From a virus (taxonomy: Duplodnaviria; Heunggongvirae; Uroviricota; Caudoviricetes): 64,000 bases of DNA. Position 1 is the stretch's first letter. Each line of letters starts with the position of its first letter. A program made the position numbers and the translations under genes. A model generated the notes under the pieces. That model saw nothing but the letters and a program-made list of their open reading frames with translations. It made no database searches and was not told where the DNA came from. Where the stretch lies: IMG/VR virus record IMGVR_UViG_3300048496_000015; one strand, 5' to 3'. Of the stretch, positions 1 to 8,305 are shown in pieces.

Positions 1-153
1 AGCCATACCAGCCGAACACAGAGCAGAAACGCGTTTGTACTCCTTAGCTCCCTTTTTATTAGCCACGAGTAGCTTTTTCGCGTTATCCTTAACCCTCTCA
101 TGGGCCGTATGGTACACGATAGCCGCGTGAATTACTCGATCATCTTCTATCAT
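1..153 (-). CDS. N-terminal part of a gene that runs off the window start (hypothetical protein)
   Basis: ATG at 153-151 with GGTGA 4 nt upstream; reading frame stays open to position 1 (MIEDDRVIHAAIVYHTAHERVKDNAKKLL...). Confidence 0.45.
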   Translation of the reverse strand, partial: MIEDDRVIHAAIVYHTAHERVKDNAKKLLVANKKGAKEYKRVSALCSAGMA

Positions 154-156
154 AGC

Positions 157-279
157 TCACCTATCGCATCTAAGGAGAACACATTCCATACACATACGTT
201 TCCTACATCTGCCGCAGCGTTCGATAGCTATCTTACCGCAATGGCACAGAGGACGCTTCTTCTTTTTCTTCATATACAT
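157..279 (-). CDS. small Cys-rich zinc-ribbon-like protein (40 aa), absent from the ORF track
   Basis: MYMKKKKKRPLCHCGKIAIERCGRCRKRMCMECVLLRCDR; its TGA lies inside the SD of the downstream gene. Confidence 0.3.
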   Translation of the reverse strand: MYMKKKKKRPLCHCGKIAIERCGRCRKRMCMECVLLRCDR

Positions 280-280
280 A

Positions 281-312
281 TTGGACGTCACACAACAGTG
301 CGTGACGTCCAA
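281..312. promoter_or_regulatory. perfect 11-bp inverted repeat TTGGACGTCAC-N10-GTGACGTCCAA in a leader region
   Basis: seen directly; each arm holds the GACGTC palindrome; abuts the ATG of the small ORF; no U-tract on either strand. Confidence 0.5.
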
Positions 313-333
313 TGGAGCGGGAGTTCGAAAACC

Positions 334-909
334 TTACTTGTTCAGTTTGTATCCCTGCTTGGTCAGCTGGGATACCTTGTTCTCGTACGCCGCCTCGTCA
401 GCCAGAGGATAAGACTTTCCAGTCTTGCCCTTCTTGCCGAGCGAGCCATTGTAGCTGTTGAAGACGCGGAACGCGCTGTGATCCTTCTCGATCAGAACGT
501 GCGCCTCAACCCTGAACTCCGTGTGATCGAAGTTGACAGACTTCGAGTACAACTCACCCTGCGACTTGAGGGTGGCAAAGTCAACCGACTCTGCGGTCTT
601 CGCGGTGTTAACCATCCTTTTCTCCTTTCGAAGGACTGGTGATTCAAAAACAGTTTTTCCAGAAGAATCCAGAATTCTTGCGATTCGAGTGTGATGAACC
701 TGACGACGAGAACTTACACCTGTCTCCTTACAAGTAGTACAAGGTTCCTCATTAAGCTTACCCTTACCGTTGCATGTTGCACACACAACCTTAAGGGTAA
801 CAAGAGCCTTATCTTGCTTCTCCACAACGTAGAGAATAGGATCAATTTCCAGTTCACTAGTGTATACCTGGACCGTAGCCGCAGGTTCGAACTCAATCAT
901 TCCAGCCAT
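334..909 (-). CDS. hypothetical protein with CxxC...CxxC zinc ribbon
   Basis: 191-aa track ORF; CATCNGKGK...CTTCKETG motif; same-strand tiling. Confidence 0.6.
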   Translation of the reverse strand: MAGMIEFEPAATVQVYTSELEIDPILYVVEKQDKALVTLKVVCATCNGKGKLNEEPCTTCKETGVSSRRQVHHTRIARILDSSGKTVFESPVLRKEKRMVNTAKTAESVDFATLKSQGELYSKSVNFDHTEFRVEAHVLIEKDHSAFRVFNSYNGSLGKKGKTGKSYPLADEAAYENKVSQLTKQGYKLNK

Positions 910-931
910 AATAATAAAATACGTAGAGTTA

Positions 932-1069
932 TTTCTCTACAATCCCCCAATATTCAGTGTTGTATCGTTCCAACCACATCGAACTGCTTTGATGTTTCCT
1001 ATTAAATAGGCAAACAGCGTTCCAGTGAGGCTCCCACATTTCTTCAATAGCAACTATCTTAAAGTTCAC
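932..1069 (-). CDS. small protein (45 aa) of the N-terminal NFKIVA family, GTG start
   Basis: (GTG)NFKIVAIEEMWEPHWNAVC...; GTG overlaps the TGA of upstream gene 1066-1272 (GTGA). Confidence 0.4.
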
Positions 1070-1272
1070 TTAATCACCTTTAAGAGCTTATGCCATTTGT
1101 AGTGGGCGAAGTGTTCTGTGATCCCATCCTCCATTTTAACCTCAATAGAACCATGATCTTCTCTGGGATTCTTGGGGTTATGTTTCCAAACCTTCCGGAC
1201 GACACCCCGTGTTGGATTATCCCACTTGCCCATGGGGATGGTCTCAACTTTATCTCTCACTTTGATATCCAT
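1066..1272 (-). CDS. hypothetical protein
   Basis: 68-aa track ORF tiling with its neighbours. Confidence 0.5.
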   Translation of the reverse strand: MDIKVRDKVETIPMGKWDNPTRGVVRKVWKHNPKNPREDHGSIEVKMEDGITEHFAHYKWHKLLKVIK

Positions 1273-1280
1273 ACAGCTTT

Positions 1281-2261
1281 CTACTTACTCAAGAAGTTCT
1301 TCTCATTGGACCTATCAACGCAATTCCATTCCAACCACGCTGGCCGAGATTCCAAGTCCCCGCGCTCAACGAGCAAAACACCCGCATCAGCCATTGCTTT
1401 CCACGGATCTTCCGAATGAAGAGCATATTCTGCCATCACGTTAACGAGATCGAGGCGGGTGAATGGAGTGTTCGCCTGACGTCGATACATGGACCATTTA
1501 TCAGAAACTCTGAGAAGTCCGTGCTTTGTGAGCAGATCATCTGGATTGAGCATTCCCTTAGCCTTGTCCTTAGTCTTGTCAAGGACCTTGAGGCATTCCT
1601 CAAGAGAAGCCGTAATCCCCCGAACCGTCTTCCATCGAGAGAGGACCCACTCGGCCATAGAACCAGCGAAGTGGTTCACAGCTCCTTTGGTGGCGCGGTA
1701 GATCCAATTCAACGGTTCAGATCCTTCAGGGACTGAGGTCTTGATCGTGCTGTCTCGATCTTTGAGAACCAGTACAGTTGAGCTCAATACTCTCTGCACG
1801 GCAGTCTGTAGGAGAATAGGAGCCGTAGCAGTATGCGGAATAGTGAGCATCACACCAAGTCTGAGAATTCCACCATCACCAGAGAACGCACTGTACATCT
1901 CCGTTCCAAAGACGAGCATATGGGTCTCTTTGGCGGTCACTTTACAGTGGGGTACGAGCCACTTCTCACTGAGAAGTCGGTTCTTGAGGGCGAGGGAATC
2001 ATTTGGCGTGAATATGGGATCCTTTGGGTCGAAGAGGGCAAGGGCCCTATTTCCTACTGTGTAGAGAATAACGGCCCGATTGGGCTCATTGCGGAGCCGC
2101 CAGATCAGTTCTCCGAAATCAGGGTTCTTGACATTGAAGACGCGACCAAAAGACTCGATAAGTGTTTCACTTGTGGAAAGATCCTTGTCATTAAGGCGGA
2201 GTCCGCCGTTAACAAAATTCAAATCGCACAGCTTCAAGTTGTGATATTCAGCGCCTGCCAT
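1281..2261 (-). CDS. hypothetical protein (326 aa), no recognisable motif
   Basis: long track ORF; 166-nt non-coding leader upstream (2262-2427). Confidence 0.65.
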   Translation of the reverse strand: MAGAEYHNLKLCDLNFVNGGLRLNDKDLSTSETLIESFGRVFNVKNPDFGELIWRLRNEPNRAVILYTVGNRALALFDPKDPIFTPNDSLALKNRLLSEKWLVPHCKVTAKETHMLVFGTEMYSAFSGDGGILRLGVMLTIPHTATAPILLQTAVQRVLSSTVLVLKDRDSTIKTSVPEGSEPLNWIYRATKGAVNHFAGSMAEWVLSRWKTVRGITASLEECLKVLDKTKDKAKGMLNPDDLLTKHGLLRVSDKWSMYRRQANTPFTRLDLVNVMAEYALHSEDPWKAMADAGVLLVERGDLESRPAWLEWNCVDRSNEKNFLSK

Positions 2262-2427
2262 ACGATGATCCTAACAGGGTGGAGAGACACTGCAAGTACT
2301 GATTAGTTTAGTGTGCGATCAAGAACACGCTCTATAAGATGGAGCGGTCGCTTGCCGCCTAGTAGGATATTGATTACCCATATCACGCAGCCAACCATAG
2401 CGAAACGGAATTTGTTGAAATGTAGAT

Positions 2428-3177
2428 TCACTGAGTGATGAACCTCTTATGAATAGACATCACGGTTTTCTGAGCTAGATGATAGTCTGAATTCTTAGGA
2501 AGGTCAGTTCCTTCCGCCAGCTGAAAAATCCGCTTGTCTTCATCCTCGATCCACTTGAGGAATTCATCGCGGCTGAACTTGCCGCGCTTAACGGCTTTGA
2601 TCTCTTCACGAATAGCTTTGTCAGGACGAACAACTAGTTCTCCCGTAAGGAAGAGCGTTTCTGCCATCTTCAAGAGACGGTAAGCATTGGCGGCGTGTTT
2701 TGTGTTGTAGCCATATTTCGCAATCAACAGCTTACCCTTAGCACCACTCTTTGCAGTGCTGTTACCCTTGATACGCTGGATATCACCCTTAGCAAAACCG
2801 CCGAGAGTCTTCCTAAGATGCTTACCCAGAAAGCTCTTCCGTATCGCCTTGAGCTCGTCCCAAGCCCAATGCGGGTGATCACAATCCGGCCAGCAACGGA
2901 CTTCAACGTCCTCTGGATAGAAAAGCATTTCCAATTGGAGCGGAGACCCTCTAAGGCAGAGCTTTACAAAATGTCGTAGCTCGTAACATTGTAAATCAAT
3001 CGGGGCCTCTTCGGTGTAGGCTTCAACGTTCTCGAGTCCGTAGATTTGGGACGGTTGAGCTAGGAACACCCCGCGATAATCAAGGTCGCTTTCGGGAGTC
3101 CGCGTGGCATATGCAGACGAACCCGCTTGAACCATGTAGATCTGTTGGGAATTCCAGGGACCGTCATTCTTGAACAT
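2428..3177 (-). CDS. Pol-beta superfamily nucleotidyltransferase (minimal NTase fold)
   Basis: GSSAYATRTPESDLDYRGVF = G[SG]-x9-13-DxD NTase motif; start moved to MFKNDGPW (ATGA overlap with upstream stop). Confidence 0.7.
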   Translation of the reverse strand: MFKNDGPWNSQQIYMVQAGSSAYATRTPESDLDYRGVFLAQPSQIYGLENVEAYTEEAPIDLQCYELRHFVKLCLRGSPLQLEMLFYPEDVEVRCWPDCDHPHWAWDELKAIRKSFLGKHLRKTLGGFAKGDIQRIKGNSTAKSGAKGKLLIAKYGYNTKHAANAYRLLKMAETLFLTGELVVRPDKAIREEIKAVKRGKFSRDEFLKWIEDEDKRIFQLAEGTDLPKNSDYHLAQKTVMSIHKRFITQ

Positions 3178-4258
3178 TCGTTGTTTCCTTCGGAGTTTCC
3201 TTCGGAATTTCAATCACCGTTTCTACAAAAGGCTGTTGTAGAAGCGCAATTACCTCATCGATCCTTTTTACATACAGGTCGTTCTTTTTGAAGATTTGAG
3301 CATGCTTAGCATCATATTCTTCGTTTGCTTCCTTAGCCTTTTTGCGCCAATAATAAGATTTATATTTCTTACCAGGAAGTCTAATCGGCTTATCGGTCTC
3401 CTCATGGTTTTCGAGGCGGTAATTGCGGTCAATAGTATAGGACGATTTCTTAGAGCGAAGAGAGGCTATCAACTGCTTTTTAACTCTCTTAACCATCTCG
3501 TCGTGGTTGACGATGGGGACTTCATACTCCCGAGAGTTCCTGGTCGTCCCCATAACCTTATGGGTCAGAGCCCTGATCTCATCACTGTTGGGTTGAAAAA
3601 CGGGAGTAACATGGACTCTCATCTTATTTGAAGAGTATTGTTCCGTCTCATCATCGATGACAGGACCTTTTATTGTGAAACAGAGCTTAATCTTGTCGGT
3701 TTCACTTACTCCTCTCTCTTCGCTTTTATTACGCACGATGGTGAGATTTACGTCTTCCCAGAATTTCTTAGAATACTCTGCTAAGATCTTGACAGTTGAT
3801 CCTTCATTTTTCTTCCTAGCAGCGTGGGTAGGACAAAAATGCCTCCGACCAATCTTCTCGAGACAGAGTTTATGTGTTGAAACGATGCACTCATCGTAAT
3901 CGCAAGATGCTACAGGATTGGACAACTTCTGGCCGCAGGCTCCACAGTCGGGAGCGTGATTAGGGCAATATGAATTATACCAACCCTGATCATCATACAT
4001 CTCAATGACACAGTCGGTATGTTGAGCGGTAGTATTAGGACAGTTTTCGCACTCACCCTCATCGTCTTCAGATACGGGTTTGTTGCAAACAGTGCACTTG
4101 AATTTTTGTGGAATGTGTGTGTTACAATACGTCCCATCCCTCGTCTCAGTAATACAAATTTTGTGTTGACGATTCTTCTGCGGACACTTCTGACACTCAT
4201 CGTCAGATGAATCTCGAGACTTAATGGGTTCTGCACAGACGAAACAGATGCTGTTCAT
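3164..4258 (-). CDS. multi-zinc-finger protein, member A of the 'ADYxKKxW' paralogue family
   Basis: many CxxC pairs in the N-terminal 150 aa; conserved ILAEYSKKFWEDV core; C-terminal ETPKETPKE repeat. Confidence 0.7.
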   Translation of the reverse strand: MNSICFVCAEPIKSRDSSDDECQKCPQKNRQHKICITETRDGTYCNTHIPQKFKCTVCNKPVSEDDEGECENCPNTTAQHTDCVIEMYDDQGWYNSYCPNHAPDCGACGQKLSNPVASCDYDECIVSTHKLCLEKIGRRHFCPTHAARKKNEGSTVKILAEYSKKFWEDVNLTIVRNKSEERGVSETDKIKLCFTIKGPVIDDETEQYSSNKMRVHVTPVFQPNSDEIRALTHKVMGTTRNSREYEVPIVNHDEMVKRVKKQLIASLRSKKSSYTIDRNYRLENHEETDKPIRLPGKKYKSYYWRKKAKEANEEYDAKHAQIFKKNDLYVKRIDEVIALLQQPFVETVIEIPKETPKETTNVQE

Positions 4259-4261
4259 TAT

Positions 4262-4654
4262 TCACCTACAAAAACGATCAAGTGCCTTCTTCAAAAAGGG
4301 TTTGAGATCCTTCTGGCACTTTTCACAGAGTTCAATACCCCATGTAGCAACGGCCACTACTTCAACTTCCTTAGAACCGCACCTTTCACAGGGCTTATGC
4401 CAGCCCTTCTCAATAGCGGAACGCATATCTATGTCAGCTCCACCATCGTCAGCTGGGAAATCAACACTTGAAGAGTAGCGCCAATCATGGATGTTGGCTT
4501 TGCGAAGCGCAGCTCCGAGAGCTGTAGACCCTCTTGTATCGGCTTTGAAGCTGAGCTTCTTACCATCTGCGAGGTCGCAGCCTACTTTTCCTCTAGTAAC
4601 GCTGATGAAGGGGCCGATTGCTGCTATGGTTTCATTTTTCTTCTGCCGGGTCAT
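4262..4654 (-). CDS. hypothetical protein with C-terminal CxxC-x-CxxC zinc ribbon
   Basis: 130-aa track ORF; ...CERCGSKEVEV...CEKCQKD. Confidence 0.55.
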   Translation of the reverse strand: MTRQKKNETIAAIGPFISVTRGKVGCDLADGKKLSFKADTRGSTALGAALRKANIHDWRYSSSVDFPADDGGADIDMRSAIEKGWHKPCERCGSKEVEVVAVATWGIELCEKCQKDLKPFLKKALDRFCR

Positions 4655-5243
4655 TCCCGAGTTCCTTCAATTTAGTTGTAACTGCATCCATCTTAGCCAT
4701 ATTAATTTGATGATGTTCGATCTTGTCCTCGATCTCTTTCTTGTAGCGGTTAACTGCAGCAGTAAATGCGGCCTTCTTCGCTGCTAGCGAAGGTAGCAAT
4801 TCTTTTCGTATTGCTCTAAGCGCTGATTTATGGTCGAAGACGGATGCTTCAAAAACCCGAGTCTTCTTTTTCGAGAGACCTTCAACCCTGTGTCTGATAG
4901 CAATAAGCTCTTTCTTATCACCTTCCGACTTAATGGGTTCGACAGTAACGTTCAATTGTTGATCGAATACGTTGACTGAGATTGAGTTGCCACTCATCGT
5001 TGCTTCGAGTCCAACGTCTTTCCAGAACTTAAGTGCATAGCCTTCTATGATGGCTGCAAGTTCCTTTGCTTCTTTGCGAGCTGCAAAGTGCTCGGGGCAG
5101 TAACGTTCTTCGTAGTAACCACTTCTTCCAGATCTTTTGGAACATTTTCTATGTAAGTCACGCTCACAATAACGGTGATTGCACGAAGTCTCTTCTCCCT
5201 TAGGGATAACAAGCTTACAATAGTCGCACGTGACAGTCTTCAT
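4632..5243 (-). CDS. zinc-finger protein, member B of the 'ADYxKKxW' family
   Basis: MKTVTCDYCK...; IIEGYALKFWKDVGL...IRHRVEGL conserved core. Confidence 0.65.
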   Translation of the reverse strand: MKTVTCDYCKLVIPKGEETSCNHRYCERDLHRKCSKRSGRSGYYEERYCPEHFAARKEAKELAAIIEGYALKFWKDVGLEATMSGNSISVNVFDQQLNVTVEPIKSEGDKKELIAIRHRVEGLSKKKTRVFEASVFDHKSALRAIRKELLPSLAAKKAAFTAAVNRYKKEIEDKIEHHQINMAKMDAVTTKLKELGNDPAEEK

Positions 5244-5872
5244 TATTCCGTCTCCTCATGCTTTTCCTTCTTCTTCGTGGAGCGATAGTCATCGTCCAAA
5301 GGAGGAAGGGTACCACCCAAATTAGCCATTACCTGCTCAATGATGACATCCAGATCCGCAACCTTTTCATCCATCTTCTTCTTCTGGATGGTGATCGAGG
5401 ATTTGGTCGAACGAAGTGACCTGACAATGGCCCCTTGAAGCTGCTTTACCACATCATCATGTGAATGAATGTTAGCAGCGAATTTTCGTTCTTTCTCGGC
5501 CAGACCTTCAACCACTAGAGTGAGCTTCGTTAGATTCTCCTCGTTCTTATCATATTCAGGCTTAATATTAATGTCAAGCGGGCCTACCTTAGCCGAGACG
5601 TAGCCTTCATCGTTGACTGCCCCTGTGAAGCCCACGTCATCCCACATCTTTTTGGCATAATCAGCGATAATTTGACCGTTCCTACCTCGGATAGCGTGAT
5701 TGCTACAATACTTCCTTTTGAAGATGGTCTCAAGACATTCTTTGTGGAAATTTTGGCCTCGTGGGCACTCGCAACAGTTGAGTTCGGTTCCACCATAACC
5801 GTAGTAAGATCCGTTCTCGATGTCAGCGCCGATTTGCTTCTGGCAAGTATCGCAAAAGAGTCGTAAAGGCAT
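5243..5872 (-). CDS. zinc-finger protein, member C of the 'ADYxKKxW' family
   Basis: MPLRLFCDTCQK...; IIADYAKKMWDDVGF...LVVEGL core; ATGA overlap with member B. Confidence 0.65.
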   Translation of the reverse strand: MPLRLFCDTCQKQIGADIENGSYYGYGGTELNCCECPRGQNFHKECLETIFKRKYCSNHAIRGRNGQIIADYAKKMWDDVGFTGAVNDEGYVSAKVGPLDINIKPEYDKNEENLTKLTLVVEGLAEKERKFAANIHSHDDVVKQLQGAIVRSLRSTKSSITIQKKKMDEKVADLDVIIEQVMANLGGTLPPLDDDYRSTKKKEKHEETE

Positions 5873-5918
5873 GACAGTACCGTATCCTTCTAAGGAGAGT
5901 TGGCTAGTATTGGCAGTC

Positions 5919-6515
5919 TTACTGCATGAGGGTCCGCTCGTTCTCCTCGATGGTACGAAGAGCGCCCTTTAACTCATCTAATTTTCTGATCATAGGAACG
6001 TACTTGGACTTGTCCTTCTTGATCTGCTCGATGCGCTCTTCCAACTCAGTCTGCTCCTGATCGAGCTTGTCATATTCCGCACGAATACGACTAGCCTTAT
6101 TCAAGAGGCCGTTGTCGAACGTTGGAAGAGGCGAAGCCGTATCCTTGGGTTTGGGTCCGAAGCCGAGTCTAACTCGCGCTGCCCTTACGAGAGGGCCACG
6201 CAGAGAGACGTCAGGGAATCTGGAATAGAACCGGTGCCTCACATCCTCGGTGAGCTCACCTTCAGACTGGCGGAAGAGTGGTAGGAGAAAAGCGAGTTCG
6301 TGAGCTCGCCTTCCGAAGCGCTCGACCTTAGAACCAAGGTGTTCGCCAATCTGGGTGTAGATCTTCCCGAGTGCAGTGGAATCGACTTCGAACTTGTTAA
6401 TCATCTCCCGCGAGTCGGGATCGTGGAACCATGCGATACCACATTCATCCTTACGCTGTTTGATAATGGGCAGGAAATGGTCCACGGCGGATTGTAACTT
6501 TTCGCTCAAATTCAT
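5919..6515 (-). CDS. hypothetical protein (coiled-coil C-terminus)
   Basis: 198-aa track ORF. Confidence 0.55.
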   Translation of the reverse strand: MNLSEKLQSAVDHFLPIIKQRKDECGIAWFHDPDSREMINKFEVDSTALGKIYTQIGEHLGSKVERFGRRAHELAFLLPLFRQSEGELTEDVRHRFYSRFPDVSLRGPLVRAARVRLGFGPKPKDTASPLPTFDNGLLNKASRIRAEYDKLDQEQTELEERIEQIKKDKSKYVPMIRKLDELKGALRTIEENERTLMQ

Positions 6516-6907
6516 CGTTCTTCTCTCCGTACGCTAATCATAACCATAAAACTCAAATACTCTATTCCTCTCCAGGAGTATTCGATATCCCAATCAGCAC
6601 CTTTGATATTAATGATACCAGTGCTCTCATGTGGCGAGGACATGGCAGCACCAGGATTGAGTCGGAAATCTCTCAGAACGGCGATGTTCTTCTCATCAGG
6701 AGAAGAGAGGTTAGTATCAATCCTGACCTCAAAAAGAGAATGTCGAGGTAACCCTCCGCCTCCTCCATGATATTTCCGAAAGTCGGACCAGCGGAAAAAA
6801 GCGAGTTTCCCCGACACAAGTCCTTGCGAAGTTGGGAGGGCTCCCGCCAGCGCTTTCCAATTACGCTCACCACATTGATATTCAATAATTGGGTTGTGTT
6901 CAAGCAT
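6512..6907 (-). CDS. hypothetical protein
   Basis: 131-aa track ORF; 4-nt overlap with downstream gene. Confidence 0.5.
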   Translation of the reverse strand: MLEHNPIIEYQCGERNWKALAGALPTSQGLVSGKLAFFRWSDFRKYHGGGGGLPRHSLFEVRIDTNLSSPDEKNIAVLRDFRLNPGAAMSSPHESTGIINIKGADWDIEYSWRGIEYLSFMVMISVRREER

Positions 6908-7523
6908 TGGGATATTTCTCGCGGAGCTTCTTCAATTCCCGAATTTCATTCTCTTTAAGCTTTTTAGCTGCGAGTTCATTGTCTGCAGCTTCTACGGCTG
7001 CTTTCTCACGCTCGAGTTGCTTCCCACTCTCAACCCGGGACGTATGAAGTGCAACTAACTCATCTTCAGAATAGAGTTCCTCCTCATGAACGTTCGATAG
7101 ATCAATCTCCTGTCCACCATAGAGACGTCCTTCGAAGCGAGGCGGATCTGACTGTCCTTCTAATTCGAAGGAGAAATCTCCAATTTCTTCAAGGAACCTG
7201 CGAATAAGGGTCTCACTATAGACGTTGGACATGTTCCCAAGATATCCCATTATCTTGTGTTCTGGGTCTTTTGCGAAGACTTTCAAACTTGTCATCACCT
7301 CATCTCTTGTCATGGGAGTGAGGGCGATGTAACATTTCACATCTTCAGCAGACCAACATCCGCCGCAGTGGCTGCGATCGTATCCGAAATAAACTACGTT
7401 TAATCCTTGTGGATCTTTAGGAGATTCTCCAGGAACTGACATACCGAAAGTATCTCGATAACACGTAGGACAGCGCCCGCTCCACAGGAGTGAGCTAGTA
7501 CCGCAGTTCAGACAACGATCCAT
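6900..7523 (-). CDS. hypothetical protein with N-terminal zinc ribbon
   Basis: MDRCLNCG...CPTC; 207-aa track ORF. Confidence 0.55.
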   Translation of the reverse strand: MDRCLNCGTSSLLWSGRCPTCYRDTFGMSVPGESPKDPQGLNVVYFGYDRSHCGGCWSAEDVKCYIALTPMTRDEVMTSLKVFAKDPEHKIMGYLGNMSNVYSETLIRRFLEEIGDFSFELEGQSDPPRFEGRLYGGQEIDLSNVHEEELYSEDELVALHTSRVESGKQLEREKAAVEAADNELAAKKLKENEIRELKKLREKYPNA

Positions 7524-7861
7524 TATTCCTCAGCCTTAAGAGCAGATTTAAAATCTTTCAAGACTTCCTGGAGGTTCTCCGTGACTTTAAGTTCACATGC
7601 ATCACAACCATATTCCACGAGGTATCCTTCCATGGCGCATGCATGTGCAGTATCGAGCTCAGCTTGGGCCGCTACACTCAATTTCTTGAGAAGATGCTCA
7701 AGTTTCTGATTCTTGATTAGAAGGGATGCCTCTTTCTTTTGGAGGGAGTCGATGCGGAGATCTCTATCCCTAATAATGCGCTGCTTACACTCGTGATCGG
7801 AATGATACTTGGCCCCAGGAGCTTCGCAATATACACAGTCTGCCATATTACATAATGACAA
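7523..7861 (-). CDS. hypothetical Cys-containing protein
   Basis: 112-aa track ORF; ATGA overlap. Confidence 0.5.
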   Translation of the reverse strand: MSLCNMADCVYCEAPGAKYHSDHECKQRIIRDRDLRIDSLQKKEASLLIKNQKLEHLLKKLSVAAQAELDTAHACAMEGYLVEYGCDACELKVTENLQEVLKDFKSALKAEE

Positions 7862-8072
7862 AACGGCCCTGCCCCAGAGCCTTAATCACTCCATCGACAC
7901 GGAGGAACACCTTAGGATTGTGAGGTAGCTCAGGTTTGAATTCCGTGCGACACGTCTTGCGAACCTCGACTTCCTTAGCTCGGATACAGCCCTTGGAAGT
8001 ATGAAGGGTCCACGGATACCCCTTTTTCCCCTTCTTGATCTCGAACTTGTTAACGTGTAGTCTAATAAGCAT
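7848..8072 (-). CDS. hypothetical protein
   Basis: 74-aa track ORF. Confidence 0.4.
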   Translation of the reverse strand: MLIRLHVNKFEIKKGKKGYPWTLHTSKGCIRAKEVEVRKTCRTEFKPELPHNPKVFLRVDGVIKALGQGRFVIM

Positions 8073-8077
8073 ACAGA

Positions 8078-8305
8078 TTAAATACGATCCTCATTGTTCA
8101 TATCGCGGCGTTCGAAAATCATATCTAGTACGTAGGCTAGCATCTCACCAAGATCGCCGTCGCCACCCGTTCGGAAATCAAGAGAAAGATTGCAATACTC
8201 CATATCAATCTCCATGACTTCTTTCAGAAGTTTCACACTTTCAAGGTGATGAGGAATTCCCTGTTCCCAGCGTTTACCGGGATCGAGATTCCAATTATGA
8301 CTCAT
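8078..8305 (-). CDS. hypothetical acidic protein
   Basis: 75-aa track ORF. Confidence 0.45.
   Translation of the reverse strand: MSHNWNLDPGKRWEQGIPHHLESVKLLKEVMEIDMEYCNLSLDFRTGGDGDLGEMLAYVLDMIFERRDMNNEDRI

Noticed and set aside
1281-2261. Possible ThyX, ThyA or nucleotide-metabolism identity for the 326-aa protein
   Set aside because: I could not find the RHRxxxxxxxS ThyX motif or any other diagnostic motif, so it is left as hypothetical.
3164-3200. Direct repeat TTTCCTTCGGA(G)TTTCCTTCGGA at the junction of two genes
   Set aside because: It simply encodes the ETPKETPKE tail of gene 3164-4258 and the 5' untranslated overlap of the next gene. There are no flanking inverted repeats and no mobile-element features.
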